Notes under the pieces: model-generated
Told to the model about the DNA's origin: nothing
The model's database searches: none
Seen by the model: the letters and a program-made list of their open reading frames with translations, nothing else
Shown: positions 1 through 9,667 of the stretch, piece after piece
Layout: each line of letters opens with the position of its first letter
How positions within the stretch are numbered: the first letter of the stretch is position 1
Position numbers and translations under genes: made by a program
Source of the DNA: Chloroflexota bacterium
GTDB taxonomy: Bacteria; Chloroflexota; Limnocylindria; P2-11E
DNA: 59,735 nucleotides
Reading direction: 5' to 3'
Assembly: GCA_005882765.1 (NCBI GenBank)
Contig: VBDV01000113.1
Location: 1-59,735, forward strand

Positions 1-83
1 GGCTCGAGGAGCTGCACAAGGAGCTACACGGTGAGAAGCCGAAGGACTCCGGCACGACATCGCCTCCGCCCACCGGTCGCTAG
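1..83 (+). CDS. 3' end of an upstream hypothetical gene (partial)
   Basis: Frame from nt 3 reads LEELHKELHGEKPKDSGTTSPPPTGR to TAG at 81-83 and is followed by a hairpin. Confidence 0.5.
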   Translation, partial: LEELHKELHGEKPKDSGTTSPPPTGR

Positions 84-100
84 GCGACGCGGAGCCAGGG

Positions 101-127
101 GACGCCGGACGCGAGTCCGGCGTCTTT
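101..127 (+). terminator. Probable intrinsic terminator
   Basis: Perfect 10-bp stem GACGCCGGAC/GTCCGGCGTC, GCGA tetraloop, short TTT tail. Confidence 0.6.
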
Positions 128-151
128 GGCATATCTAGGATTCGGCAGCCG

Positions 152-838
152 ATGAGGAAGGTCTTGGTCGTCGATGACGAGCCAAAAATCGTGCAGCTCG
201 CGCGCGACTATCTCGAGCACGCGGGGTTCGCGGTCATCGTGGCGCACGACGGGAAGGCGGCGCTCGCGAGCGCCCGCTCGCAGAAGCCGGATCTCGTCGT
301 TCTCGACCTCGGCCTCCCCGAACTCGACGGGCTCGACGTCGCGCGCACGATTCGACAGGAATCAAACGTGCCGATCGTGATGCTCACCGGCCGCAGCGAA
401 GAGTCCGACAAGCTCGTGGGCTTGGAGATCGGCGCGGACGATTACGTCACAAAGCCGTTCAGCCCAAAGGAGCTCGTTGCCCGCGTGCGCGCAGTCCTTC
501 GGCGAACCGAGCGCCCTCGAGTCGATACGGAGATCGTGAGGGTCGGAGACGTCATGCTGGACATACCGCGGATGCGGGCGACGGTCGCCGATCGACCGGT
601 GGAGCTGACGCCGACGGAGTTCCAGCTCGTCACAACGATGGCGCGCGAACCAGGCCGGGTCTTCACGCGCGGGCAGCTGCTCGACGCGGTGCACGGCGTG
701 GCGTTCGAATCGTACGAGCGCGCGATCGACGCCCACGTGAAGAACATCCGGCGCAAGCTCGAATCGGATCCCGCGCGACCGCGCTATCTGCTCACCGTGT
801 ACGGGGTCGGCTACCGCTTCGCGGAGCTTGACGAGTGA
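152..838 (+). CDS. OmpR/PhoB-family response regulator
   Basis: Receiver motifs (VVDDE, LDLGLP, KPF) and winged-helix C-terminus (IDAHVKNIRRKL...VYGVGY). Confidence 0.95.
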   Translation: MRKVLVVDDEPKIVQLARDYLEHAGFAVIVAHDGKAALASARSQKPDLVVLDLGLPELDGLDVARTIRQESNVPIVMLTGRSEESDKLVGLEIGADDYVTKPFSPKELVARVRAVLRRTERPRVDTEIVRVGDVMLDIPRMRATVADRPVELTPTEFQLVTTMAREPGRVFTRGQLLDAVHGVAFESYERAIDAHVKNIRRKLESDPARPRYLLTVYGVGYRFAELDE

Positions 839-1962
839 GGAACGGACGCTGGGAGGGTTCTCGCCGGCGCCCCCCGTGGTGGCCGGAAAACGAGCCGTTT
901 CCACCGCGGCAGGGCTGGGCCGGCCCGCAGGGGTGGCGGGGCGGCCGGTTCGTACGGCGCATGGCGATGTTCTTCGTCGCGGCCGCCGTTTTCTCGGTCG
1001 TGGGCGCGACGGTCCTCTTCTGGACGCTCGCCGCAGCGCTCGGAGCGCCCGACCTTTTGGGCAACGTCGCGCGTGGGGTGGCCCTACTTCTGATCCTGTA
1101 CGGCTTTGTGTTCACCGCGAGGTCTCTTCGTCGCCTCACCGCTCCGGTCGGAGATGTGATCGAGGCGGTCGGACGGGTCGCCGACGGCGACCTCTCGACC
1201 CGAGTGGGTGAAAGAGGATCGCGCGACGCGCGGTCGCTCGCCCGCGCGTTCAACGCGATGGTGAGCCGGCTCGAGACCGTCGAGGAGCAACGCCGGCGCT
1301 TGCTCGCCGACGTGAGCCACGAGCTCCGCACGCCACTGTCAGTAGTGCAGGGAAATCTTGAAGCGCTTGTCGACGGCGTTCACCAGGCGGACGAGGCGCA
1401 CCTGCTGGCGATCCTGGACGAGACCAAGGTCCTCTCGCGGCTCGTGGAGGATCTCCGCACGCTTTCGCTGGCGGAGTCCGGGGCGCTCGCTCTCCACCGC
1501 GAGGCGGTCGATGTGGGTGTCCTGGTGCGCGAGACGGTCGATTCATTTGCTTCCCAGGCTGAACCTGCGGGCGTAGCGATCGGCGCGCAGGTGCCGAGCG
1601 GGCTGCCCCAGGTCGACGCCGACCCGGTGCGCGCGCGCGAGATCCTCGAGAACTTGATCGCCAACGCGATCCGCTACACGCCGCGGGGCGGTCGCGTGAA
1701 CGTCGAGGCGCGCGCACAGGACGCGTTCGTCGCGATCGACGTGCGCGATACCGGCGCCGGCATCGCCCCGGAGCTCGTCGACCGGATCTTCGACCGGTTC
1801 TACAAGTCCGCGGAATCCCGTGGCGCCGGCCTCGGACTCGCGATCGCAAAGCAGCTCGTCGCTGCGCACGGCGGAGAGATCAGAGCGGCGAGCGTCCTCG
1901 GCCAGGGGACCGATATCACGTTCACCCTCCCCGTCGAGACCTCACCGACCGAGCCTGCTTAA
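835..1962 (+). CDS. HAMP-domain sensor histidine kinase (BaeS-like)
   Basis: Two TM helices, HAMP, H-box SHELRTP, N-box NLIANA, DTGAGI, GAGLGL; GTGA overlap with the regulator. Confidence 0.95.
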   Translation: MRNGRWEGSRRRPPWWPENEPFPPRQGWAGPQGWRGGRFVRRMAMFFVAAAVFSVVGATVLFWTLAAALGAPDLLGNVARGVALLLILYGFVFTARSLRRLTAPVGDVIEAVGRVADGDLSTRVGERGSRDARSLARAFNAMVSRLETVEEQRRRLLADVSHELRTPLSVVQGNLEALVDGVHQADEAHLLAILDETKVLSRLVEDLRTLSLAESGALALHREAVDVGVLVRETVDSFASQAEPAGVAIGAQVPSGLPQVDADPVRAREILENLIANAIRYTPRGGRVNVEARAQDAFVAIDVRDTGAGIAPELVDRIFDRFYKSAESRGAGLGLAIAKQLVAAHGGEIRAASVLGQGTDITFTLPVETSPTEPA

Positions 1963-3467
1963 AGCGCGGTCTTCATTCCTTCGGACGTATCGATCTGGGC
2001 GCGCTGGAGCTTGCCCGAGTAATCGATGTAGATCGACTTCCACTCCGAATAGACGTCGAGCGCCGCGCGGCCCGCTTCACGGTGGCCGTTACCGGTCGCC
2101 TTCATGCCGCCGAACGGAAGCTGGATCTCCGCGCCGATGGTCCCCGCGTTGACGTACACGATCCCCGTCTCCGCGTCGCGCATGAAGCGGAACGCGTTGT
2201 TCACATTTCGCGTGTAGATCGAGCTCGAGAGACCGTACTTCGTCGAGTTCACAGCCTTGATGGCTTCGTCGACGCTCGAGACCTCGATAACCGCCGTCAC
2301 CGGGCCAAAGATCTCCTCCTGAGCCACGCGCATGTTGGGCTTCACGTCGACGAGCACGGTGGGCTCGTGGAAGAACCCCTTGGCGAGCGCGCCTTCAGTG
2401 GACACGTGCCCGCCTGCCGCAATCGTGGCGCCCTCTTTCTCGGCGATGGGGATGAACGAATGAACGCGCTCGAGCTGCGACGCAGAGACGACCGGCCCGA
2501 CGTCGGTCGACGCCTCGAGGCCGTTCCCGAGACGGAGCTTCTTCGCGCGGCCGACGAGCTTGTCGACGAGATCCTTGGCCACACTCTGGTGAGCGATCAC
2601 GCGCGACGCTGCGGTGCACCGCTGCCCCGACGTGCCGAAGGCCGACCAGACGATCCCGTCGAGCGAAAGGTCCACGTCCGCGTCGTCGAGAACGACGATC
2701 GCGTTCTTGCCGCCGAGCTCGCAGGACACGCGCTTGAGAAGGCGGCCGCCTATCTCGCTGATGTGCGAACCCGTGTCGGACGAGCCGGTGAACGACACCA
2801 GGTCCACCCCGGGATGCGAGACGAGGTGGTCGCCGAGGTCTCCTCCCGACCCGAGCACAAGGTTCAGCACACCCTTTGGCAGCCCGGCTTCCTCGAGTAT
2901 TTCGACGAGCCGCACCGCCAGGAGTGGCGTATAGGAAGCCGGCTTGAAGACGATCGTGTTCCCGAGGATGAGAGCCGGCATGAGCTTCCAGGTTGGGATG
3001 GCGAACGGGAAATTCCATGGAGTGATCGCGGCGACCACGCCCACCGGGTGCCGCATGCTCATCGCCCATTTGTTGGGAAGCTCCGCGGGGACGACATCAC
3101 CGAACTGGCGGCGCCCCTCGCCGGCGATGTAATACGTCATGTCGATGCCCTCTTGGACATCCCCGCGGGCTTCGGCGAGGACCTTGCCCATCTCGCGGGT
3201 CATTTCCCGGGCGAGGTCGTCCTTCCGTGTGAGCATGATCTCGCCGGCTCGGTAGAGGATCTCGCCGCGCTTTGGGGCGGGATAGAGACGCCAACCGTCG
3301 AGGGCGCGCCGCGCGGCGTCCACCGCGCGGTCCACGTCGGCGACGGTCGATTTGGCCACGTTCGCGATGAGCTCACCGGTAGCGGGGTTCGTGTTTTCGA
3401 ACGTGCCGCCGCCGGAAGCGTCGAGCCAGCGGCCGTCGATGAAGTTCTGGAGCATTGGCGTCGCCAT
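1959..3467 (-). CDS. Aldehyde dehydrogenase family protein
   Basis: ITPWNFP, FTGS, ELGGKN, GQRCTA, EEIFGP, PFGG motifs. Confidence 0.95.
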   Translation of the reverse strand: MATPMLQNFIDGRWLDASGGGTFENTNPATGELIANVAKSTVADVDRAVDAARRALDGWRLYPAPKRGEILYRAGEIMLTRKDDLAREMTREMGKVLAEARGDVQEGIDMTYYIAGEGRRQFGDVVPAELPNKWAMSMRHPVGVVAAITPWNFPFAIPTWKLMPALILGNTIVFKPASYTPLLAVRLVEILEEAGLPKGVLNLVLGSGGDLGDHLVSHPGVDLVSFTGSSDTGSHISEIGGRLLKRVSCELGGKNAIVVLDDADVDLSLDGIVWSAFGTSGQRCTAASRVIAHQSVAKDLVDKLVGRAKKLRLGNGLEASTDVGPVVSASQLERVHSFIPIAEKEGATIAAGGHVSTEGALAKGFFHEPTVLVDVKPNMRVAQEEIFGPVTAVIEVSSVDEAIKAVNSTKYGLSSSIYTRNVNNAFRFMRDAETGIVYVNAGTIGAEIQLPFGGMKATGNGHREAGRAALDVYSEWKSIYIDYSGKLQRAQIDTSEGMKTAL

Positions 3468-3505
3468 GTTGGTTGACTCCCCCTTGTCAGGGGGATGGTA
3501 TGCGG

Positions 3506-4261
3506 CTAGATGACGCCCATGCGCAGCAGCACCGCTATGAGATGCACGATGCGCCGCTCGCGGAGCGCTTCGATGAAGGCCACTCGGGCCGTCTCGGCCT
3601 CGGCCGCCGGATCGCTCGCCTCGTCAGCTGTCTCAGCCTCGATCGGCTGCGCATCCGAACCCCGGGGCGCGGGCGCCGCGCGCTCCGCGACGGGTGGGGC
3701 CGCAGGGCGCGCCGCCTGCGCCGCGGGCGCCGGCGGCGGGATGGCGACCTTTACGGTCCCGCCCGGTCCGCCGAAGTCCGCCGCCCAATACCACTTATAG
3801 GTGGAGCTCGCGTTGTAGACGAGAGCGATGCCGACCGCGTTGTAGTTCGGATTCAAGAGGACCGCGTTGTGCGCGGGGCTCGCCTGCCATCCGGCCAGCA
3901 CGCCGCCCGCGCTTGGGTATCCCGCCCCGAGATCCTCGCCCGTGTACATCGACGTCGCTGGATAGCCGAAAGCCGACATGCGCTGCACGGGTGAGCGCCC
4001 ATCCGAGGACACATGACCGATGTAATTCTTTGCGGCCATGTCGCCGGCCATCCAGGTCGCGGCGCCGGTCAGGGCCCCGCTCGCGGACACCGCCTGCAGA
4101 CCGTTGTTCGCGCGATAGGCGTTCACGAGGGCTATGAGATCGCTCTGAGAACTCGCTGCTCCATACCCACGGTCGGTCAGCGTCGCGGCCGCGGCGGGCA
4201 CCGCCGCGCTCAGTCCCAATGTCACGATCGCGAGCACGATGGTCAGGGCGCGGCGAAGCAT
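3506..4261 (-). CDS. Secreted CAP (SCP) domain protein
   Basis: Signal peptide from ATG 4261; NAYR..NGL, GEDL, WQASPAHNAVLL CAP motifs; Pro/Ala linker. Confidence 0.85.
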   Translation of the reverse strand: MLRRALTIVLAIVTLGLSAAVPAAAATLTDRGYGAASSQSDLIALVNAYRANNGLQAVSASGALTGAATWMAGDMAAKNYIGHVSSDGRSPVQRMSAFGYPATSMYTGEDLGAGYPSAGGVLAGWQASPAHNAVLLNPNYNAVGIALVYNASSTYKWYWAADFGGPGGTVKVAIPPPAPAAQAARPAAPPVAERAAPAPRGSDAQPIEAETADEASDPAAEAETARVAFIEALRERRIVHLIAVLLRMGVI

Positions 4262-4456
4262 GCACACTCCGGTCGGTAACAATCCTGGAACGGCCTGATG
4301 ACGAAATTGATAACGGACCGTCCGCCAGGTTGTCAGCGATCCGGACGAAATCGTCCGCACATCGTGCTAGCGGACAGGCGTTCGGCATGGAATCCATGCT
4401 CGGAAGCGGCATCTTTGCGCTGTCTCTGGAACTAGCGGGGGCTCACTTGCGTGGTG

Positions 4457-4579
4457 CTAGAAGGACGCTCCGTAGAACAGCCAGATCGTCAGAGCGCCAA
4501 CCGCGACGATGCCAAGAAAAATGAGCGCGAAGGCGATGTTCGCCTGCCGCTCGGGATCGTTCTGAGTAAAGCGGTCCAC
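4457..4579 (-). CDS. 40-aa single-pass membrane micro-protein (not in ORF track)
   Basis: GTG...TAG frame MDRFTQNDPERQANIAFALIFLGIVAVGALTIWLFYGASF with one clear TM helix. Confidence 0.55.
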   Translation of the reverse strand: MDRFTQNDPERQANIAFALIFLGIVAVGALTIWLFYGASF

Positions 4580-4602
4580 CTACCGGGCAACCCCCGGTCT
4601 TG

Positions 4603-4675
4603 TGGAGCTGAGGGGGATCGAACCCCTGACCTCATGAGTGCGATTCATGCGCTCTCCCAGCTGAGCTACAGCCCC
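4603..4675 (-). tRNA. tRNA-Ala(CGC)
   Basis: GGGGCTGTAGCTCAGCTGGGAGAGCGCATGAATCGCACTCATGAGGTCAGGGGTTCGATCCCCCTCAGCTCCA; G3:U70 pair, anticodon CGC, CCA not encoded. Confidence 0.95.
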
Positions 4676-4753
4676 GATAGCGGCTGCGCCGCTATCGGGG
4701 CTGCTGCCTCGTGCGAGCGCGAATGCGCGAGCACGTGAGGCAGACCCAGCCCC
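4669..4753. repeat. Nested palindromic element overlapping the tRNA 5' end
   Basis: Perfect 16-bp inverted repeat 4669-4684/4688-4703 plus a second imperfect hairpin ~4697-4753. Confidence 0.7.
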
Positions 4754-4816
4754 GCAACCGGCGCGAGCCTCGTCGCGACTAAGGGTACCCGAGACGACCG
4801 TGTTACAGCCAGCGCA

Positions 4817-5170
4817 CTAGGCGATCCGAAGCACGACCGGAGCGTCTCCCCAGAGGCGCTCGAGCCGATAGAGCTGGCGCTCTTCGGGAACAAACGCGTG
4901 CACCACCACATCGCCAAGGTCGATCAACACCCAGCGACCCGAGCTGTAGCCCTCGACCCCGATTGGTTTGCGACCGGCCTGGATCGCCTTCTCGCGCACC
5001 GCATCCGCGATCGCCTGCACCTGGCGCTCACCTCGGCCGGTGCAGATCACGAAGAGGTCGGCGATGGTCGTGAGCTCCGAAACATTCAGCACGAGGATGT
5101 CCTCGGCCTTCTTATCGCCCGCAGCATCGACCACGACGTCTGCCATGGCTCTGGGCGAGAGGTCGGTCAT
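4817..5170 (-). CDS. rsfS: Ribosome silencing factor RsfS
   Basis: DKKAEDI..L, ADLFVICTG...RQVQAIAD, WVLIDLGDVVVHAF...YRLERLW; follows nadD. Confidence 0.95.
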   Translation of the reverse strand: MTDLSPRAMADVVVDAAGDKKAEDILVLNVSELTTIADLFVICTGRGERQVQAIADAVREKAIQAGRKPIGVEGYSSGRWVLIDLGDVVVHAFVPEERQLYRLERLWGDAPVVLRIA

Positions 5171-5721
5171 TTGTACAGGCGGTGCTCCTCGATGTAACGC
5201 AGTACTGCCTCGGGAACAAGGTAGCGCAGGGATCTACCCCGCGCGGCTCTCGCCCGCAGCTCCCGCGAGCTGATGTCCATGAGCGGAGAGTCCAACATCC
5301 GCACGCCGCTGGGTGCATTCGGTGCGCCAGGCCGCGCCGCGAGGACGACGGTCGCGAGGTCGCGGATGCGCCCCGGATCGCGCCACCGCTCGAAATCGGC
5401 GTATGCGTCGCTGCCGAGGATCAGGAACAGGTCGCCCTCACTCCGCAATTCTTCGAGCGTATCGACCGTGAACGAGGGACCCTTCCGGTCGAGCTCGATG
5501 CCAGAGACTTTGAAGCGCGGCTCGGTGGCGGTCGCCGACGTCAGCATCGCGAGGCGAGCTTCTGCGCTCGCGACCGGACCATCCTGCTTCAGTGGCGAGC
5601 GGCGCGCCGGCACGAAATAGACCCGATCGAGGCCAAGCTCGTCGAGCGCCGCGTTGGCGATCGCGAGATGCCCAACGTGGACCGGATCGAACGTCCCGCC
5701 GAACACGCCGACGCGCGTCAT
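5167..5721 (-). CDS. nadD: Nicotinate-nucleotide adenylyltransferase
   Basis: GVFGGTFDPVHVGH, ISSRELR; ATGA overlap with the obgE stop. Confidence 0.95.
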   Translation of the reverse strand: MTRVGVFGGTFDPVHVGHLAIANAALDELGLDRVYFVPARRSPLKQDGPVASAEARLAMLTSATATEPRFKVSGIELDRKGPSFTVDTLEELRSEGDLFLILGSDAYADFERWRDPGRIRDLATVVLAARPGAPNAPSGVRMLDSPLMDISSRELRARAARGRSLRYLVPEAVLRYIEEHRLYK

Positions 5722-6992
5722 TCGTCTTCTCCCCCTTCGGTCCATTCCATCTCAAGCCCGCCGATCCGGACGGTGTCGCCCTCCTTGGCACCGAGCGCGC
5801 GCAGCTCGCGTTCGATGCCGGTCCGGATCAGCTGCCGCTGGAAGTAGGCGGCCGCGTCGGGAGACCCCCAGTCGATGCCCGCGGCGAGGCGCTCCATGCG
5901 GTCACCCTCGACCCGGAAGGCTCCGCCTTCGCGCTTGACGGTCCAGTCGCGACCGCCGCCGGCGAATGCGATGCGGCGCTCGCGGGGCGCCGGCATGCTC
6001 GCCGCTTCCCGCGGCGGGCACCGATGGAAGATCTCGCGAAGGAGATCGTCGGTGCCCTGGTGCGCCGCGGCCGATATCGCGATGCTCGCGATGCCACGCT
6101 CTGAAAGCGCGCGAGCGATACGCGGCGCGGCCTCGCGCGCCTCGGGCAGGTCGATCTTGTTCAGCGCGACGAGCTGCGGACGCTCCGCCAGCCCACGCCC
6201 GTAGCTCCGAAGCTCGGCGTCGATCGTTGCGATGTCCTGGAGGGGATCCGGCCGCGATGCGTCGACCACATGCACAAGGAGCCGCGTGCGCTCGACGTGG
6301 CGGAGGAATTCTTCCCCGAGACCGAGGCCGCGGCTGGCGCCCTCGATGAGTCCAGGGATGTCGGCGACGACGAGCTCGCGATCGTCGAGACGCGCGACGC
6401 CGAGGTTCGGGACAAGTGTCGTGAAGGGGTAGTCCGCGATCTTTGGTCGTGCGCTCGTGAGCGCCGCGAGGAGAGTGGACTTCCCCGCGTTGGGTAACCC
6501 CGCGAGGCCAACGTCCGCGAGAAGCTTGAGCTCGAGATCGATCTCCCGCTGTTCGCCCTTACCGCCATCCTCGGCGATGCGGGGTGCGCGACGCGTGCTG
6601 GTCGCGAAACGCGCGTTGCCTTTGCCACCGGAACCGCCGCGGGCGATGACCAGCTCCTCACCGGGAGCCGTGAGATCCGCAACCGTCTCGCCGGTCGCGC
6701 GATCGATCACGAGCGTCCCCGGCGGAATGCTCAAGATGCGATCCGCGCCCGATCGTCCGCTGCTGTTGCGACCGCTTCCCGGCTTGCCAGGCTCCGCTTC
6801 GATCTGCTTGGTGAAGCGAAAGTCGGTCAGCGTCCCGAGCTGTGGATCCACGCGCAGGATGACGTCGCCGCCCTTGCCGCCGTCGCCGCCATCGGGGCCG
6901 CCCCGGGGAACGTGCGCTTCGCGCCGGAACGAGATGACGCCCCGGCCGCCATCGCCTCCTCGAACCACCAGGCGTGCACGGTCGATGAACAC
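5718..6992 (-). CDS. obgE: GTPase ObgE/CgtA
   Basis: Gly-rich Obg fold (GGPDGGDGGKGG), GLPNAGKS, YPFTT, DIPG, NKID, C-terminal OCT domain. Confidence 0.97.
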   Translation of the reverse strand: MFIDRARLVVRGGDGGRGVISFRREAHVPRGGPDGGDGGKGGDVILRVDPQLGTLTDFRFTKQIEAEPGKPGSGRNSSGRSGADRILSIPPGTLVIDRATGETVADLTAPGEELVIARGGSGGKGNARFATSTRRAPRIAEDGGKGEQREIDLELKLLADVGLAGLPNAGKSTLLAALTSARPKIADYPFTTLVPNLGVARLDDRELVVADIPGLIEGASRGLGLGEEFLRHVERTRLLVHVVDASRPDPLQDIATIDAELRSYGRGLAERPQLVALNKIDLPEAREAAPRIARALSERGIASIAISAAAHQGTDDLLREIFHRCPPREAASMPAPRERRIAFAGGGRDWTVKREGGAFRVEGDRMERLAAGIDWGSPDAAAYFQRQLIRTGIERELRALGAKEGDTVRIGGLEMEWTEGGEDE

Positions 6993-6995
6993 GGG

Positions 6996-8228
6996 TTACA
7001 GGCGAACGAGAGGTCGCGGCAACGCGACGATGCGCAGGTGCGCCGCGTCCGTGCGCAAACGATCAAGCATCCGCTCCATCCCGACCGGAGCATCTGCGCC
7101 GTCCGCGATCCGGAGCGTGCGCTGCGGATCAGAGGCGAGGCCGCACAGAATCAGAGAGCTTTCGGGGGGAAGATCTCCGGCCAAACCGACGAGAGCGTCG
7201 AGCTCTCGGGCGCGATCGGTGAGACCGGGCAACGTCAGCACGCGCAGCGCGACCGAGACCTTGGCTGCGATCGAAACGGCGATCGACGCGCGGACGTCCG
7301 CGAAGCGGAAGCCCTCCGGACGATGAAGGACCTCGTACGTTTCGGCCCGCGCGGAAGCGAGACGGACCGCCACCGAATCAAGGCCGGCGTCGCAGAGCCG
7401 GCGGAGCGCGGTCGGCACCGAACCGTTCGTCTCGAGGTGGATCGATCCGACTCGCGTGCGCTGACGGATGGCGGAGATCGCGGCTTCGATGAGACGAACA
7501 GCGAGGAGCGGCTCCCCCTCGCACGCGCGCCCGAACGCGACGACGGTTCCTCCGCCTTCAAGATGGCGTGCCCCCGCCTCGGCCAACTCCTCCGGAGCCG
7601 GTCTGAAGGCGGCTGGTTCGGTCGGCGACGCGTCGGCATCGTCGCTCAGCACGAGCACCTCCGGCGGTCGCTCGTTCCTGGACGCGGCGACCGGCAGCGC
7701 GCAATCGTGACGACCCAGGAACGCGTTCGCGGCGGCGCGGCAGCGATAGTCCTTCGCGCAGCGTGCGAGCTGCCGGAGCACTCGGCTCGATGGGTGGTCG
7801 CGCTGCGTGGCGGTGATCCGCGCGAGAAGGTCGGGTGTGGCCCTGCCGTCGGCCGCGCCGGCGTCCGGATCCAGCGCGACCGCCGAGACGACGAGCTCAC
7901 CGTCGGCGTCGGCGCCGACCGCTGCGTACGCGCGCGACTTCAAGGGTGGTGCGGCGAGGTCCTCCTCATATGCGGGAAGGGCCATGCGCAGATAGCCGAT
8001 CGGGACGATCGCCCCCACACCGAACCGCCCCGTCCCAAGCTCGCGGGCGCGCCCCGTTCGGTCGAGGCCGACGCTGGTCCTGCCCGGTAGCTGGACGACC
8101 TCGGTGCCGGCAGGGAGCCGGATCGTCTGTGCGAGCGGACCGACCGACGCACCGTCCGACATGGCGGCGGCGTAATCGGCCGCGACGACGAGGCGCCCCG
8201 AACGATCGCTGTGAACTGCGCTGAGCAC
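6996..8228 (-). CDS. Radical SAM-like protein lacking the CxxxCxxC motif
   Basis: FGRACEGEPLL, ETNGS, GLDSVAV, PGLTD radical-SAM barrel motifs; expected cluster motif reads AASRNERPPEV. Confidence 0.7.
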   Translation of the reverse strand: MLSAVHSDRSGRLVVAADYAAAMSDGASVGPLAQTIRLPAGTEVVQLPGRTSVGLDRTGRARELGTGRFGVGAIVPIGYLRMALPAYEEDLAAPPLKSRAYAAVGADADGELVVSAVALDPDAGAADGRATPDLLARITATQRDHPSSRVLRQLARCAKDYRCRAAANAFLGRHDCALPVAASRNERPPEVLVLSDDADASPTEPAAFRPAPEELAEAGARHLEGGGTVVAFGRACEGEPLLAVRLIEAAISAIRQRTRVGSIHLETNGSVPTALRRLCDAGLDSVAVRLASARAETYEVLHRPEGFRFADVRASIAVSIAAKVSVALRVLTLPGLTDRARELDALVGLAGDLPPESSLILCGLASDPQRTLRIADGADAPVGMERMLDRLRTDAAHLRIVALPRPLVRL

Positions 8229-8273
8229 AGATCGGAGAATAGGTGGGCCGCGGAGGGCCCGGCGTCGCTCGAC

Positions 8274-9236
8274 CTAGAGGTCGAGGCAGTTCACGAGTCG
8301 GTTTCCGAGCTTGCACTCCCAGTGGACGTGCGGCCCGGTGGTGACCCCGGTGAGCCCAATCGCCGCGATGATCTGACCGCGTGCGACCTGCTGGCCCACG
8401 CTCGCGTAGACAGCGCTCGTGTGGTAGTAGCAGGTCTCCAGGTCGCCGGCGTGTTGCACGCACACGCGGATCCCGCCGACGGCGACCCATCCGGCCGCGG
8501 AGACGACGCCGTCGTCTGACGCGCCGATCCCGGTGCCGTACGGTGCCGCGAGGTCGACGCCGGTGTGCCCCGCCCAGAAGTACTGGGTGATGACTCCGGC
8601 CACCGGCCATGCGAGGCGGCCGGTGCGGGGCGGCGTTGCGCCGATGCTCGGTCCGCGGAGTACAGAGACCGTCACGCGCTCCGGCTCCTGGAGCGCGGGG
8701 AGCGCCGCCCCTCGCACGAAGATCTCCTGACCCGCTGCACATCGTTCGGGCTCGAAGTAGCAGCGGTTGAAGGTGAGGATGACGGCCGGATCCACCTTGA
8801 ACTGGGTCGCGACCGAGTCGACGGTGTCGCCGTCCTTCATCGTGTAGAGCGCACCCTCAGCGGGCGGGATCACAAGCTTCTGACCCATCTGAAGCGTGTG
8901 CACGTCGGTGATCGCATTCGCGAACGCGATGGCCTCGACCGAGACGTCGTAGTAGTTCGCCATCGTCGCCAGAGTGTCGCCCTCGTGGATCGTCACTTCC
9001 TGGACCGACCGTGTGCCCTCGGCGGCGACGGTCAGCGGGTTCCTGCTTGAGGCGATTGCGCCGCCGCGCGCCACCGGTTGGGCGCGAGAAGCGTCCGTCG
9101 CTGTCAGCGTCGTCACGGCGACGTTCGGGCTGACGGTGCTCGCGCGCGACGCGGCGGTCGCCGCGAAGGGGAGCGAGAGGACAAGGACCGCGACCGAGGT
9201 GTTGAGCGCGAAGCGGAGGCCGCGGACGCCCACCAT
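8274..9236 (-). CDS. LysM x2 + M23 metallopeptidase (start uncertain, ORF open to 9395)
   Basis: Two LysM repeats (GDTLATMA, GDTVDSVA), HTGVD and GPHVH zinc motifs. Confidence 0.9.
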   Translation of the reverse strand: MVGVRGLRFALNTSVAVLVLSLPFAATAASRASTVSPNVAVTTLTATDASRAQPVARGGAIASSRNPLTVAAEGTRSVQEVTIHEGDTLATMANYYDVSVEAIAFANAITDVHTLQMGQKLVIPPAEGALYTMKDGDTVDSVATQFKVDPAVILTFNRCYFEPERCAAGQEIFVRGAALPALQEPERVTVSVLRGPSIGATPPRTGRLAWPVAGVITQYFWAGHTGVDLAAPYGTGIGASDDGVVSAAGWVAVGGIRVCVQHAGDLETCYYHTSAVYASVGQQVARGQIIAAIGLTGVTTGPHVHWECKLGNRLVNCLDL

Positions 9237-9667
9237 GCTCGCGAGATAGCTGCTACTTCCCTCAAGAGCGACATACGAGAGGTGCCGTGTACGGGCACCA
9301 AGCGCGGAGACTCCTTGAGAGAGGAGTCGCGCCTGTCGCTGAAGGAACCGTTTTGGGTTAGGTGTGGCCTGCGAACGTCGGCTGTGTTGTCCCAACCCCG
9401 GCGGTCCCTCCCAACTCTCTAAATGCGGCCGCGCTCGGCCGGTGTGCGTCAGTTATTCGGTTTCACCAGATCGGCCCGCGTCGACCGACCCTCCCGGCCG
9501 CGCTCATGTACTAATTGCGTACTAACGTGGTGGGAGGTCTGCACCGTACCTCTCGACCAACAAATGTGTCAACCGTGCAACGTGGTAGCACCAAGCGAGG
9601 TCTTGGTGGATATCCGGTGTCGGGCCCCGGTTTGCTCGCATGAGTACCCCTACGTAGGCTTCTTTCG

